A DNA stretch of 62,917 bases, counting the filler, from Pelomyxa schiedti (Eukaryota > Protista > Evosea): assembly GCA_020536535.1 (NCBI GenBank). It is 3 parts of 3 records of this genome, joined end to end, with 100 filler letters (N's around TTAATTAATTAA, not from the genome) between each part and the next. Parts side by side here need not be neighbours in the genome. Positions count along the whole stretch, not along the records: positions 1 to 31,198 come from JAHLWZ010001001.1; 2 more parts are not named here. One strand, given 5' to 3'. Made by a program: the position numbers and the translations under genes. This document shows, piece after piece, positions 1 through 13,055 of this stretch; the stretch's first letter is position 1, and each line of letters begins with the position of its first letter. The notes beneath the pieces were generated by a model. It was not told the origin of the DNA. It saw nothing but the letters and a program-made list of their open reading frames with translations, and ran no database searches.

Positions 1-320
1 CTGCACTGGGAATGCTACCCCCTTTTGTTTTTCCTCTCGTTTTCTCGTTTCGTGGGGAGTGTTACCCTGCACTGGGAATGCTACCCCCTTTTTTGTTTGG
101 TTTTTTCTTCTCGTTTCATGGGGAGTGTTACCCTGCACTGGGAATGCTACCCCCCTTGGTTTTCTCGTTTTCTCGTTTCGTGGGGAGTGTTACCCTGCAC
201 TGGGAATGCTACCCCCTTTTTTTCTTTTTTTTGTTTTGTTTTTCTTCTCGTTTCGTGGGGAGTGTTACCCTGCACTGGGAATGCTACCCCCTTTTTTGTT
301 TGGTTTTTTCTTCTCGTTTC
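1..320. repeat. Tandem array: conserved ~45-bp core (tctcgtttcgtggggagtgttaccctgcactgggaatgctacccc) separated by variable T-rich linkers; at least 5 copies, truncated by the window start
   Basis: Core GGGGAG starts at 54, 120, 182 and 257 (periods 66, 62, 75), plus a partial copy at 1-22. The overlapping ORFs are just translations of the repeat. Confidence 0.92.
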
Positions 321-789
321 CTTCGTATAACTGCATTGCAGGGTACACGGACAATACAATCGAATAATAAATTTTTCTTCTTTCACATTATTTTTCTTTT
401 TTTCTTTTTTGACTTGTCGGGGGGGTGTGTGACAGCAATGCCCTGCGCCCTTGTGTGCGTGTGCGTTCTGGCCACAATTTCGAAAAAAAAACCTGCACAA
501 CACAAGTCAGCAGCAGCAGTCGAGTCGTGCGGCGGGCCGAGCGGCGTGACACCCTGCATGCAGCGTGGTCACAGCTGCGCGATCTGGATCTGGATCTCTC
601 GTGTCGCTGGTTATGGCGTAGACAACAACATGTGTATGTGTTATGCGCACAGCACAGCACGCAAAAAATGACTGACTTCAACAGTCACCACAAGAGCACA
701 CACCCCACACACACGCCGCTTGTTTTCCAATTGTGCAAATCCAAGCAATTCGTGATGTGCTGTGTGTGGCAGACATACCTTTATTTCAC

Positions 790-2914
790 CTTCCCAAGTG
801 CAGCTCACACAGTGTAACCAGAGAAAATTTGTTGCTGGACCTGCGGCAGGGCCAACGGGTGCTGCCGTAGCATTTCATCACGTCCATACTGGAACAACCG
901 GAACATCGGTTATTGACATCGTGAAGAGGCTCCGTCAGGCACACTACCTTGGAACCCCATGTTGTGCTTACCCTGGTGGTGCGGACCTGACCAGGCCCTG
1001 ACCAAATGAAGAGACACCACTGTTGATAGATGCATCTGACACCCAACCCCCAAGCCCAACCAACCTCCGCTGCGCCCACCACCACTCACCGTGTAATCCT
1101 CTTCATCATAACCAACCCTGTTTAAGTAAAATACACCTTCTACAGCAACAGGGGGTCGTCTTCATGCACCTCAAAAGGGGATTTGAGAGCCCTGAAGTCA
1201 AAGAGGCAGTGAGCAATCTCAGAGAGGCAGAAGCTGTTGAGGCTGGCAGCGGCGGGGCAGCGGGCTCCCACGCGGGGCAGGCTGCACGCCACGAAAGCGG
1301 CCGCGGAGCCCCGCCAGTCGAACGACTGGTAGCGCAGCCGTGCCAGCGACTCCACGAACCTGGTGATGTTCTCCCCGCGGAAGTCCACCAGCTGCAGCAC
1401 TGCAGCGGCCGCCGGGGGACGGAGGAGCCCCACGGAGCCCGCCCGGGTCCCCTTGTTGCCTGTTCCTGTGTCTGTGCCTGTGCCTTTCCCGGTGGCAGTG
1501 CCAGAGGCAGTGGTGCTGGTGGGAGTATCCGCGGTCCTCCTGATGCACACGGGGGCCCACCACTTGCCCGGCTCTTTGGGGTCGGGGTGCTTCCTCACGG
1601 GGCCGTGGTAGACCTCGTACAGCCCCTCTGAGTATTGCAGCTGTATGACCACGTCGTAGTGAGCGGGCTCGCTGGTGGTGCCCCCCCCGCCTGGGCAGGG
1701 GATTAAGGCCTTCGTCCTTGCGTTTGTGCAGGCTAGCAAAAGGTCAGACATCAGGAACGCTGTTGATTTCCTAGACGTCTTGGGCAGGATGGATTCCAAT
1801 CGCCTTGTTGGGTTTGGGTGTTTATGTTTTTTTTTTTGTGTTAGCTGGTGTTTGTTGTGTTGGGTGGAAGTACAGTACATTAGTAGTTCTCTTTTTGGGG
1901 GCCATACACCTTTATAATTAACAAGTTTTGGGGCCAAATCAAGGGCCTCTCGTATTCGCTCATGAGCTTGAAGTGCCTTATGAAAAACTGCTTCCGGTTA
2001 ATCTACTTGTTGTTTTGGGGAGTTCGCATACAATCTCCAATTTCTTTCAGTGCGGTAATGATTGTATCAATCTCAGGGCAGGGAAAGCTAATACTTCTTT
2101 TCATATCCTGTTCGAGTCAAAGGTATTGAATGTCATAAGGAATACTGGCCTGGAATATAAGCATATACCTTGGAATTCTACAAACTTGTATTTTAAGGAG
2201 GCACTCGAGATTCACACCCCCCACTGCAGCACTATAGTCCAAAGTCTATCCATACGGAAATAGGTCATTAGGACTTGTAGACTTACTTCAAGATACCTCC
2301 ACAAATTTCGCCCACTTTGGATTGTTTGCCTTTAGATTAGAAAGAATTTTAGATCCGCAGGCATAGGACTCCCCAACACTCATATACAAGTTATAAAGAT
2401 CCGCTGTTTTCTTTGAGCATTTAGCTAGATTTACCAAACAAAAGGAAAAGAAACCATCCACTGCTGGAACACTGCCAAAAGGTCAGGCACAATTGTTTCC
2501 TCTGGAATTCCCGAAAACTGCTCGGCCAACCTTGATTTTTGTGTCAAGGTTCTTAGAACAAAAACAAAAAAAAAACAGACACCTTCCATGGGCCTCGGAC
2601 AGAGCTGCCATTGACTTGAAGACGGTCGTGTACTCATCTGGTGTCAGTAGCCGCTTGGCTACCAAGGCGTACAGCCTGTGTTTCGACATCTGGGACACGA
2701 ATGTTCTCTCACTCATTATTAACTCCCGAGCACCCTGCTGGGCCCTGCGCCCATAATCGAGTTTGGGCGTGGGGTTTGGTGGAGGGGTCGGGGTGCGTGC
2801 TTCGTCGAAGGACGGCGGGGGCTCTGTTGGCGGGGGCACATTATCACTCGGCGGCGGCGGGATTGGCGTGTCGTCGGCGTATGCCGACAACGGCGGGTTA
2901 TCAACAGTACTCAT
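790..2914 (-). CDS. RhoGEF (DH-PH) domain protein, multi-exon; 3' end uncertain
   Basis: Pro-rich N-terminus, then the DH motif 'ARELIMSERTFVSQM...LLTPDEYTTVFKSMAALSEAH'. A later exon has the PH-like 'AFLMSDLLLAC'. ATG at 2914. Confidence 0.65.
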
Positions 2915-2994
2915 GGGTACACACACCGGTTTTTTCGTTCCTTTTTCGATCAGTCGCTACGAACTTCTCGTCAACGTAACAAATCTAAAAAACA

Positions 2995-4883
2995 ATGTCG
3001 ATCCGGGATTTGATAGGGGTCCTTGGTGTGGTGCTTGTGAGGAATTGTCTCGGTACCTACCGTACCCCCTCCCACAATTAACAAATGGGTCCACACCAAC
3101 CAAGCAGGGTCCACCGAACTGCACGTGGGGGTTCTCGAACACAACCCGGTCAGTGCCGTGCACGAAAACCCCTCACATGAAGAAGCCTTGGTTGTGATGA
3201 TGTCAAATTTAGACTTCTACTATGTACTCCAACTTTTTTTTTCCCCTTTATCTTTGTGTTAGCCTTTCAGATAACCTTCCTTGTTCTTGCTTCAGAATGC
3301 TGTTGTGCAGTCGAATGGAGCAGAACTGATAGTCTTTCCTGAGTATGGTTTGTTTGGAGTGAATTTTACTACACGGGATAGCATTCTTCCTTTTCTTGAA
3401 GAAATCCCTTCTTCTTATAAGGTATCTGCCTAAAACTTAATTATTTCGTTTAATAAGTTGTTGAAAGGCCTCAAATTGTGCCCAAACCAAATGGGCGTCT
3501 GTATTGCAAAGAACAAGTTGCATTGCTCAGTCTACTCGGACATTTCTTGTGCTTGATATGGGCGAAGTTCAATGGTGCTTCAATCAAAAAGGTTGCCCTG
3601 AGGATGGAAGATACCAGTTCAACACTGCCGTGGTATTTTCTGATTCAGGAGAAGTATGTCTTTGATGCCTCGTACTACTCACTCAGCCAGGCAGCTTGTG
3701 GCGAAGTACCGCAAGACTAACCTCTGGGGTGAGACTTATTACGACGCAGGTGAAGGAGAGCCTGTCTCCTTTAAACTACCTTCAGGAATCGAGGTAGGAA
3801 TTTTGATCTGCTTTGATATCATGTGGGAACATCCACAGTTCGATTTATATAGTGTATCCAATTGCGGGTTTTGGGAACTTGTTAAATTTTCCTTCAGAAA
3901 GGGATAGACATGATAGCTTTCCCCACTTGGTGGTTAAATTCTCCCCCACAAACTGCGGTACAAGTTCAACAAGGAGCTTCATTAATGAACAACATTACTC
4001 TGCTTGCATCAAACGGAGGCTCTGGCTGTAGTGTTAGTGGCTCAGGGTATAGTTACACCTCCTACCCTAAATTTCCTAACGTGCTAAGGATATATTCGAG
4101 GGGGAATGTGGTAACCTCCTTTTGGAATAGAAAGCCCTCACCGGAAGACAAGTTACTTCTGGGATCAGTTTCCACAACATCTCAGTACCTCGGAGTTTCA
4201 CATGAAATCACTAGAAATTATAGTTCTCCTGGTAACCATCCATCCATTTACAACAAACAGGGTTTTCTGTGGTTGAACCGAGTTTTAAAAGGAGAACCAT
4301 GTCATCCCTGGCCTGATATCGGCACCAAATCAGTAATATATACGGAACCTGGAAGCAATGTGTCCTGGTCAGCAACTATGTCCACTCTGCAATGCAATGC
4401 CACTCTACAGGCCAAGCAAGTTTATTGTTACCATAACTCCGTCTCACTCCTTCAAAGCAACGCTTCCCAGTCTTCCGCGTACATACTTGTGGCCTATGTA
4501 GGGACATACCCATCATATCCGGAACTACACATAGAAACCTGTTCGTTGCATCCATGCGCAAATGCCGACTGTTCATTCATGAACCAGAATGTAACCCCCC
4601 TTGTTACAAGAAGTTCATACCGCTTATTCCAACATCACAGCCTGAAGATGTGATAGATATCTTTTACATTTCAGGTTCCTTCTCTTCTTCAGTCTTTTGG
4701 ACTCCCGAGGTAGTGCTGCCTATCTCACTCCCAAAATAACCTAAAAAAAAGATTGCCACTTCTGGTCTAAACCTCGTCACTAACGTATCGAATTTTGGTC
4801 ACACATCCAATTCCTTTTTTTCCACCCAGTTCCAGCAACCACTTTCAACCATAACACTCTTTGGTGTTGATTGGAGCCAATAA
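2995..4883 (+). CDS. Vanin/biotinidase (pantetheinase)-family carbon-nitrogen hydrolase, probably secreted
   Basis: Spliced motifs: 'VGVLEHNP..HEEALVVMMSNLDFY', 'GAELIVFPEYGL' (catalytic E), 'YQFNTAVVF', 'AKYRKTNLWGE' (K), 'GILICFDIMW' (C), 'IAFPTWW'. Hydrophobic N-terminus. Confidence 0.9.
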
Positions 4884-4977
4884 ACTGGCTACCAACTAAG
4901 GCCTTGTGAATAACATTCGTACAACAAAGAACCCGTTTTTTTTTCCAAACCAAATAGTGTTGTGAGGAGGAATTTCA

Positions 4978-7416
4978 TTAGCCCTTCCTCTTTTGGGTGG
5001 TGCTCGAACTGGGCTTTGTTGTGTTTGTGGGACTTGATTGCTGTGTTGCTTTGGAGTGTGATGAAGAAGCCTGCTTTGGGGAGGACTGCGAGGCTGATGA
5101 TGATGCGGCATGGGTGTGTGAGCTTGGTGACCTGGAGTGTGAGTGTTTTGACCGCGTTTTGGCCCTGGGACCAGGGGACCGTGACCGCGTGTGCGACCGG
5201 GAGCGGGAGCGCGAGTGCTTGTTGTTGTTATTGTGCGCGCGATTGCGCTCGCGCGACCGCGAGCGGGAGCGGGATCGCGAGCGCGAGTGGTGGCTGGGAG
5301 GGGGTGAGTCTGTGTAGGAGGAGTGGTTCCGCGGCGGCGGGGAGTTGGAATGCGACCTCGAGCGGGAGCGCGCGCGTGCTGGGAAGTTCTTGGGGTGGCG
5401 AGCACCCCCTCCTGTCATTTGCCGGTCTTCACCGTGAAAAGACCCTAACTGAAAGTGTTAGGCTCCTGCGACTCTATTGTGGGGTTGGAAAACGCACCAG
5501 GCCTGGGGGGATAGCTTGCGTATTGAAGTGGCATAGAGTTTCCCATGAAGACACCTGGTGCGCCAAGCATTTGATGTGCAGCAATCCCCAAAGGGTAGCC
5601 TTTGTTCGAGTTACTAGGTCAAAGGGAAAACTATTGTCTACCAGGAGGAACCATTCCCATCGTTGGGTCTAAGTGCATAACCTTTCCCCCCATCATTTTC
5701 ATTGCAGGAGGTTGCACACGTCTTCGCCATTCTTCAGCACCAGGAGGTATTTGAATATTACCTGGTTGGAGGGAAGATGAGGATTGTTGCATGCGAGAAG
5801 TGTTGGCTAGATCCATAAGGTTGGCGAAACATTTCCGTCCATTGATCTCCCGGCCATTAAAACCTACTTTTGCCCGTGCAGCCATACTTGCATTTGCAAA
5901 CTCAATTGAGGCAAACCTATTGCAATTTAATCACCATGCGCTATGTTGACACTTAAGACATACCCCTTTGATTTGCCATTTATCTTATTTTCTTCAATCT
6001 TTACAGACTTAACCTTTCCGAATTCACTTGCAATATCCTCCAGTTCTTGGTATGTTGTCCACTACGAATTGGTAATAAGCGGAAAAACTTTGAAATACAA
6101 GAAGTACCCAAGTGAGACCTCCAACATATAAGGTTGTCTGTCTGGGGTCGACAGCAGGATCCAGCTCCTTTAGTTCGATAGATTTGGACTGTGGTGGCTT
6201 CTGTTGAGAGGAGGCAGAGCCTGGAGCCTTCCGCCCTTGTGCTTCCACGGGCTGGGAAGTAGTGGGTTTCTTTAAGTCCTCTTTCTTTACATCAGATACA
6301 TCAGGGGTAGCAGCTGCCTTGCCTGCTTTTATCTTGTGAGTTGCCAAGAACGTAAACAACATTAGATACACATACTTTTTGGAGGCTCATCTGGGAGATC
6401 TAACGAAACAATCAAGTCGTCGTCGTCATTTTCTGCAGGCTAAAGAGTATTATAACAAGAAAGTAAAGTGAAGATTTGGATACATCAGGCAGGGTTTCAA
6501 AATTTTCACCTCCCATGGATGAATCGATTTGCTGTTTCGGGTGATAATTATAAAGTGAAAATGGATCATAGAAAGAATACATTGTTATTATTGGGCTCTT
6601 GGTGTGTATCAGATTTATCACTAAAAATCTAATGAAGTTAGATGAAGCAAAAGCTAAGTGGTTGATAACCTTTGATGGGTCCTCTATTCCCATGATAGCC
6701 TACATGCAAAGTGAATAATAAAGGGTAAAAAGTAGAAAGATACTACTTGTAGTTCATCTGCTTCTTGATCACTTGGAGTTACATTCTGGAAGAAAACGAG
6801 ATTACAACGCATTTGTACTACAAAGTTAAGAGTAGGCACATACCTTTTTGGGCACCTGTGCAAGTGGTACTTTTACATCACTGGGCTGCTTGCTACACAC
6901 AGAAGGCAACTTTGCAGCTGAAGCTGAACTCACAGAGGGTACAGTGTAAAGACCATCAGTATCCTCCAAGTAGTCTCCATTGAATTCAGCCGGTTTGGTG
7001 TGATTGCGAGTGGCGTCAGCAGTTGCTTTGGATGCAACTACAACATTTTGCCCCCTAGCACTCTCTTTAATGTGCTGCGATTCCGTCCCTTCACTCACAG
7101 TTACGGCCGAAGTGGGAGCCATTTTACTTGACAGAACTGAGTTATGGGTGCCTTTGGCAGCAGAGGACCCACCTCCATTATGGGAGGTGGCAACAGGGGA
7201 CGAATTTTGTGCCAAGTTGGTTGCTGGCCTCGAGGCCCGTTCTGAGCTGTTTTGTGTGTGTTGTGGCTGCTGCAGATTCGAAGGGGAAGGCTTGGAGCCC
7301 AGGAGATTGAGGGAGATGCCGACTCGACGACGACCGGGTGCGTCTTGCAGTTGCACGGAGGATGACGTGGTGCTGTTGGTATGTGGTGCACCGAGGAAAT
7401 CGTCGTCCTCCATCAT
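4978..7416 (-). CDS. RRM + RS-domain protein, CPSF6/CFIm68-like; 5' exons uncertain
   Basis: Spliced RRM 'LYVGGLTW|WTTYQELE...IEENKINGKSKG|FASIEF...FNGREINGRKC' resembles the CPSF6/7 RRM. C-terminal RSRSRS tracts at 4978-5418. Confidence 0.75.
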
Positions 7417-7684
7417 ACCAGTATTTCAATTTTACTTTCTTGCTGGACCTCCTTGAAGGAACAAAGACTGAGAGCAAGAAACGAAACCCTCACATAGGCA
7501 AACCACAAAGAGAAGACCTCAGCACTGGCCTTGAGCTCGTCGCCAGAGAAGATGGCTGAATAAAATAATCAACAGACCGGAACGCTGTACTTTTCGTTAT
7601 CGTCGCTCAGGGTCGGCGGTCTGCTGTTTTTTTTATTCAGCCAGATGAACACGACCCAACTCGTTTTCGCTGAAAGAGTTCTAA

Positions 7685-9889
7685 ATGGGAGCCAGCAATT
7701 CGCATGTAACCCAGCCTCCCACTGCAGTAACAGCACCCCCAAAGTCACGGCCCCCAGTGGAACCTCAGTTAGCTGCAATTCTCAGCCCCTACGAGGACCC
7801 CGACTACCAGGTTTTTTGGGGGAGAATTAAACGTGGGACGTCACTGAGACTTCGATTTGCACCTTTTTGTTTACTCTTGACCAACTTTACGCTCAGGCGC
7901 TAGCCAGAGCCTGCGAGACTGGTAATGATGACGCGGTCCTTGGCCAACTGAACAAACTACTTAACAGATGGAAGACCGAAAGCGAGGCGGCAAGGTGGAG
8001 TTGCTCGCGAGACCGGATTGTGGGCAACTGCAAAACTTTTCTGGGATGTAGGTCTTTGCCTAAATCTCCCCTGCACATTTTGATCTCTAGGGGGCACACT
8101 CACTCTGTGCGTGCTTTCTTGGAAGATGTAAGGAACTTTGATCCAATTGGGCCACAAGTGGGTATTTTTTTTTTTCCCCTTATGTCTGGGTTTTCCAAAA
8201 ACCTTACCTTCATAAAGCCCAGGAATTGTGCAGAGAGAGTAGTTCATCTGGGTTACCAATTTGTATGGCAATGAAAGCCTTCAATGAAGACTGCTTTATG
8301 CTTCTATTACAATATGGGGCATTTGATAGCTCATCATTTGACTTTGGGCAAATTGCTTCTTCCCTTAGTGGCCCCACCAGCCCCAAACAGGAGGTTTTTT
8401 TGCAAAACGCTCTGGATGAGGTGTTCAAATCCAGTTCTTGCCAGTCAGAGGCCAATCGCCAGATACTGTGTGACCATCTCGCTCGAGCAACCTGCACTGT
8501 CCTTATAAAGCAACATTTTGAGATGATTTTATCTCGGTGTACCAAGTACCACAAGTACGTTGCTTCCTCTGAGGTTATTCAACGCATAATTGAGTATCAA
8601 CCCTCCTACCTATCTTGTTTGCTTTCGGCTGGTGCAATTTCCTGTGAGGGAGAACGAAGTGCCCAGATGCTCACTGCATGCATATATGACAATGATTCAC
8701 GCTCATTATCCCTTTTACAAACAGCAATACGTGGTGGTGTGTCTGTTAAAGGGGGAACGCAAGCCTTTGAGAAGGCCTTCAATAGGCGTTTTTACCAGTC
8801 AGTTCAGTTTCTCCTGGACTCTGGCATTGACTTTACTTCACCTCAACTTCTGAATTGTGCTCTCTCATCTGAATACGGCCGTACGCATTGGGAAACGTGG
8901 ATTAACAGTACACCTAGTAAGAGTGTACCAGTGGAAACAGTAGCATTCGCCATAAATAACCACCTTTCAACCGACTTGTTGACAAGGCTTGTACAGTACA
9001 CAGTACATCCTCTTCCTTCCGAACTCCTCTTTGTTGCCATGTATCAACACGACGCACTTTCCCTAAAAACTCTTCTTGGACTTGGGGCCAATATTGACCA
9101 GAGTTTCTCTGTTCCTGGGACTAGGCACAAACCACGCACACCACTTCAACATGCCTTACTGAACTGCTGGGAGGGTTGCGCTATACTTCTAATAGAGGCT
9201 GGCGCAAACTTCCCCGCGCCTACATCCCCAGAGTGGAACGAATGTGTTCCAGGAACCTTCCTGAAACTGTGCGAAAGCAATGGTGATACCACCTCGTTGA
9301 TGGAAATATTTCTTGGAAGATGGCCTGACCTTCTCAACCTGAAAGTGTGTGCAGCCCAAAAAACGTGGAGGGGAACGTGCGCCGAAATCGTTGCAAAGGC
9401 AGGAAAGCCTCAGCGCCTGAGATTTCTGCTCCGGCGCGGAGCACTACGAAAACCGTCAGGAGAGAGAGATTATGCCATTGCCGGAGTTCTCCTTCAACAA
9501 CTGACCGAATTGGTTCTGTCAATACCACCATATTCTTATGATGAATGCAAAATTTCAGACTACTCCTGGTGTGCAAAGGAGTTGATAAAGTGGGGAGGAC
9601 AAGTGCCGCCGATTTTAAATGTAGGGAAACGGCTCCCCCTTGCAGCGGCAATATCTGTACCAAACCTCATTTCCCTTTCAGAATTCTTACACCCCTACAG
9701 GAAGGCAACTGTATCCTGGCCTTACATACCACATTTCTGTGTTACCAGAAGTGTGGTGAGCACAGCTTGCTTCGGAGTCTACCTCAGCCCATAATTCAGT
9801 ACATTGCCGAACTCCTCCTGTCCCACTACATATCCAAGAAGCACGAACTGTGGCTCCCGCCGTCTTTTCTTGTCCACTTCAAAGAATGA
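7685..9889 (+). CDS. Ankyrin-repeat protein with possible N-myristoylation (MGASNS)
   Basis: Ankyrin-like motifs 'SPLHILISRGH', 'LKTLLGLGANID' and 'TPLQHALLNCWEGCAILLIEAGAN'. Long exon ORF at 8226-9794. Confidence 0.75.
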
Positions 9890-9915
9890 TTCAGTCACAC
9901 CTTTTATTATTTTTT

Positions 9916-12495
9916 TTACAAGAGGCGGCCGACAACTACAGTGACGTTGTCATGGCACTTTTTGTTTGTGATGGCCTTGTTAATAAGACATGCTGCCATG
10001 GCGTTGGCATCGGGTTCTTTGTTAATGAGGTCACAGGCTTCCTGGCCGGAAAATACATCCCAGACCTGTGTTTATGTGAGTGTATGGGCATTAGAATTCT
10101 GTTGGGAAGTGTTTACCCCGTCAGAGGCAATTACAACAAATGCAGTGGAGTTAAGGTCAGTTGCATCTACTGCGGGCGAAATGTGCGGGTCCGCTATTAT
10201 ACCAACATTGGTGTCCTTGAGATAAGAAACTCCAAGGGCTCGGGCAACAGAAATGCCTGATGTGTGGAATAAAAAAAAGAAACGATAAGAGCGGAAGGAA
10301 TGGAACCTCCAACTCTGGTTTGGTGGCTTTCAATGCCAAAGGCTTTTAGTCTCTCGTGCTCTGCCACTACCTTGTGCTCTCTGGAAAGTTCAAGTGCTTT
10401 TCCATCATGGCTGGGAAAAGAAAGAGAAAGCAATAAGACACGCAGAAGTAACTAGGACAATTCAAACCAGAAAAATGCACTGGAGTCCCCAACATTGCCG
10501 GACTGAATGTATCTTCGCCCCTGGTATCTCCATAAAAGAACGACAGTACAAGTAGTACCAACACACTCAAAAACCCGCATTTCTTGGTCGACCTATTTAG
10601 TAAGTGAGCCTGAATAATGGGGAAAAAGGCAAGTTACTTTGGCAAAGCAAGAGCGTATAAGATCCGCTGCATCCGTGGTAGGTGGGTTGGCTCCATAGAG
10701 CTCTGACAATACCTGAATATTTATTTACTGATCGAGCCGAAGAAAAAGCTAAAATACACGAGGGAAGATCTTCTTTGCAGCAAAGCTGGCATCTTTTCCC
10801 CCAAAACCATCAAATACAGCAAGTAATGCTCTATCAGGGTCCCCACACCAAGGATACTCATGAAAGTGCGCATCCTAAGTGAAAGTGAGTGATCAAAGGA
10901 GTGAGGAAAAAAAACCTCCATTTCCAATTTCCCTGTCTTGCCCCCAGGCAGCATGGGAGCTTTTTTATTTCCACGTCGCAACCCTGCTAAGTTGAAATCT
11001 TCATGTGAACCTGTCTCTCTCAACAAAGGGGGACGGCCACCAAGAAGATCCGTGATGGAAGATACATCACGACCCAGATCAAGAACTAAATGGTTGATCA
11101 AAATACAACATATTAGATGATGCTCACCAACAGGATTGGCACCAGGAAGGGATAAATTAGGAGCGGACTTAGCTGTTGAAATATATGAGGAACAATGTTA
11201 ACAACAAACAAAACAAAAGAAAGGATAAAGAATACTTGAGTGTGAGGCAGGGAGAGTCTGTGCATGTGGTATCACGCTTGTCACATACATTCCTGGAAGC
11301 ACAGCAGACTTGCTGCTGGTTGTAGTCACTGTAGGTGGTAAAGTGCTTGCAGTTGCTGTGCTCGTCCTTGTTGAAGGTGAAGGAGTCCCTGAACGCTATC
11401 AGTAAAGTTTACAAATAAAGAACAACAAACCAAGTTGTGGAGTATTTTTTATAACGTGTTGAGTAGCGAGCTGAAGAATCTCCCGCAATTTTTGGTTTTC
11501 AGCATGACTAGAGAAGAAATCGTCGTTAAATAGAAGTGAGCTTATGGAAATTTAAAACACCTTGCTTGTAGTTGTGCCCCACATTCCTCTATCTGCAAGC
11601 GCAATCTCTCCAGCAATTTTGTAGTTGCCTCTCGTTCACGTGACAGGGCTTCCCTCTGTTTAGTGATGGAGTCATTCTCTTGAAGTTCAGTTAGACTTGG
11701 TTGGGTTATTTGAATCCCGTCATACCTGCATAAAGTTGCTGAAAGCGAGCTTCACACTGCTCAAGTTCAGTTGACAGCTTTTGCATGAGGATTTCTTTCT
11801 CCGCTAATGCTGTTATGTCTTCTGGTCTCCCTTTTTGTTGAAATTCTTTCGGTATGTTAGATCGGGCCAGGGGGAAAAAAAAAGGTGGCACCTAAAAATC
11901 GCGCAAGCAATTGGTTATATTCTTCTTCAGTATGACGCTGTATAGATTCTGCAAGCAAGGTGAGCTGCGTGGTACAATTGGGAGTGACTCAACCTTGTTT
12001 GTACTTGTCTTGATTGAATTCCACAGTGGCAGGTGATTTTGACTGTGTTTCTTCTGGTTTTTCTGAGGTTTGTTTTAGCTCTCTGTGTGGCGAAACTGGT
12101 GATTTACTAGAAACAGAAGTTTTGCTTGTGGATGCAGATGGTGTTCCTGGAGGCAAAGTGGAGCAAGATTGAGAAGAGCGTGGTGAACCAGCGGATTTTA
12201 AGTCTGGCGAGGAAGGTGTGTTGAAGGTTTTTCTTTTCTTTGGTGTTGTTGTTGGAGTTGAAGAAGGTGAAGAAGAAGACGAAGAAGAAGACGACGATGT
12301 TGTCGATGATGATGTTGATGTTGATGTTGATGACGTGGAAGACGACGAGGACGAGGTGCCGTCACCAATTGGCTCGTATTTGTACTTGTTGTGCTGACTT
12401 TGGTGGTGTGTTTTGTGCCTGTGGTGTTTATGTCTCAGTGTGTGCTTTTCCTCGAAGTCCTTTGTTGGGTAGTAGCAAGAGTTGCAGAGTCCCAT
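9916..12495 (-). CDS. PP2C protein phosphatase (KAPP-like catalytic domain) with a lipidation-type N-terminus, Ser/Thr-rich linker and coiled coil
   Basis: Spliced motifs: 'LRRGNKKAP..ME|DAH', 'LLAVFDGFGG', 'GTTCTVVLLW', 'SGNVGDS', 'VVIASDG|VWDV', 'HDNVTVVV'. Start MGLCNSC at 12495; TAA at 9916-9918. Confidence 0.85.
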
Positions 12496-13055
12496 AATCA
12501 GAGACCGCAGCAGAACAAAAACAACAACGAAGGCAACGACAGTAGCAAGGTCGATCCAGAGGGAGGGGGAAACGTGTGAGGGTGAATACTGTACGTGAGC
12601 GGCGAAAAGTGTGGATGGGATGTAAAGAAAAAAAAACGAAGGGAGAAAGTGGCTGGGTGAGAGCACGATACAAGGACAAAAACGAAGGGAAAAAAAAAGA
12701 ATAGAAAAGTACTCGATGTGCGTGCCCCTGCCAATTATTCTCTCCCCGATCAGATCGTACAAACAAAAAAAACGAAAAAAAGAAACAACTCAGAGATCTT
12801 GGTGGTTGGGAAAAATCACAGAGAATCACATCCAGTATGTTCTGCATCATGTTACCCATTGGTACTTCGGGAATAAAGAAAAAGGGCGCATCGTTTCTTC
12901 ACTTTCTTCATTGTGGGTGGAACAAGAGAAAATTGATTTTTTTTTTCTGCTACTCTGTGCTTGAGGGTGGTTTTGTGGGTCTGTTGGGAAGTTAAAGGCA
13001 AGGATAAAAAAATGGAAAGCACACAATGTCTGATAATCATCTATTATAACCCAAT

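Noticed and set aside
1-320. CRISPR array interpretation of the hairpin repeats
   Set aside because: The linkers are low-complexity, mutually similar T-rich tracts rather than unique spacers. No cas genes are present and the context is eukaryotic.
12-671. ORFs over the left-end repeat
   Set aside because: They are translations of repeat and low-complexity DNA with no protein signal.
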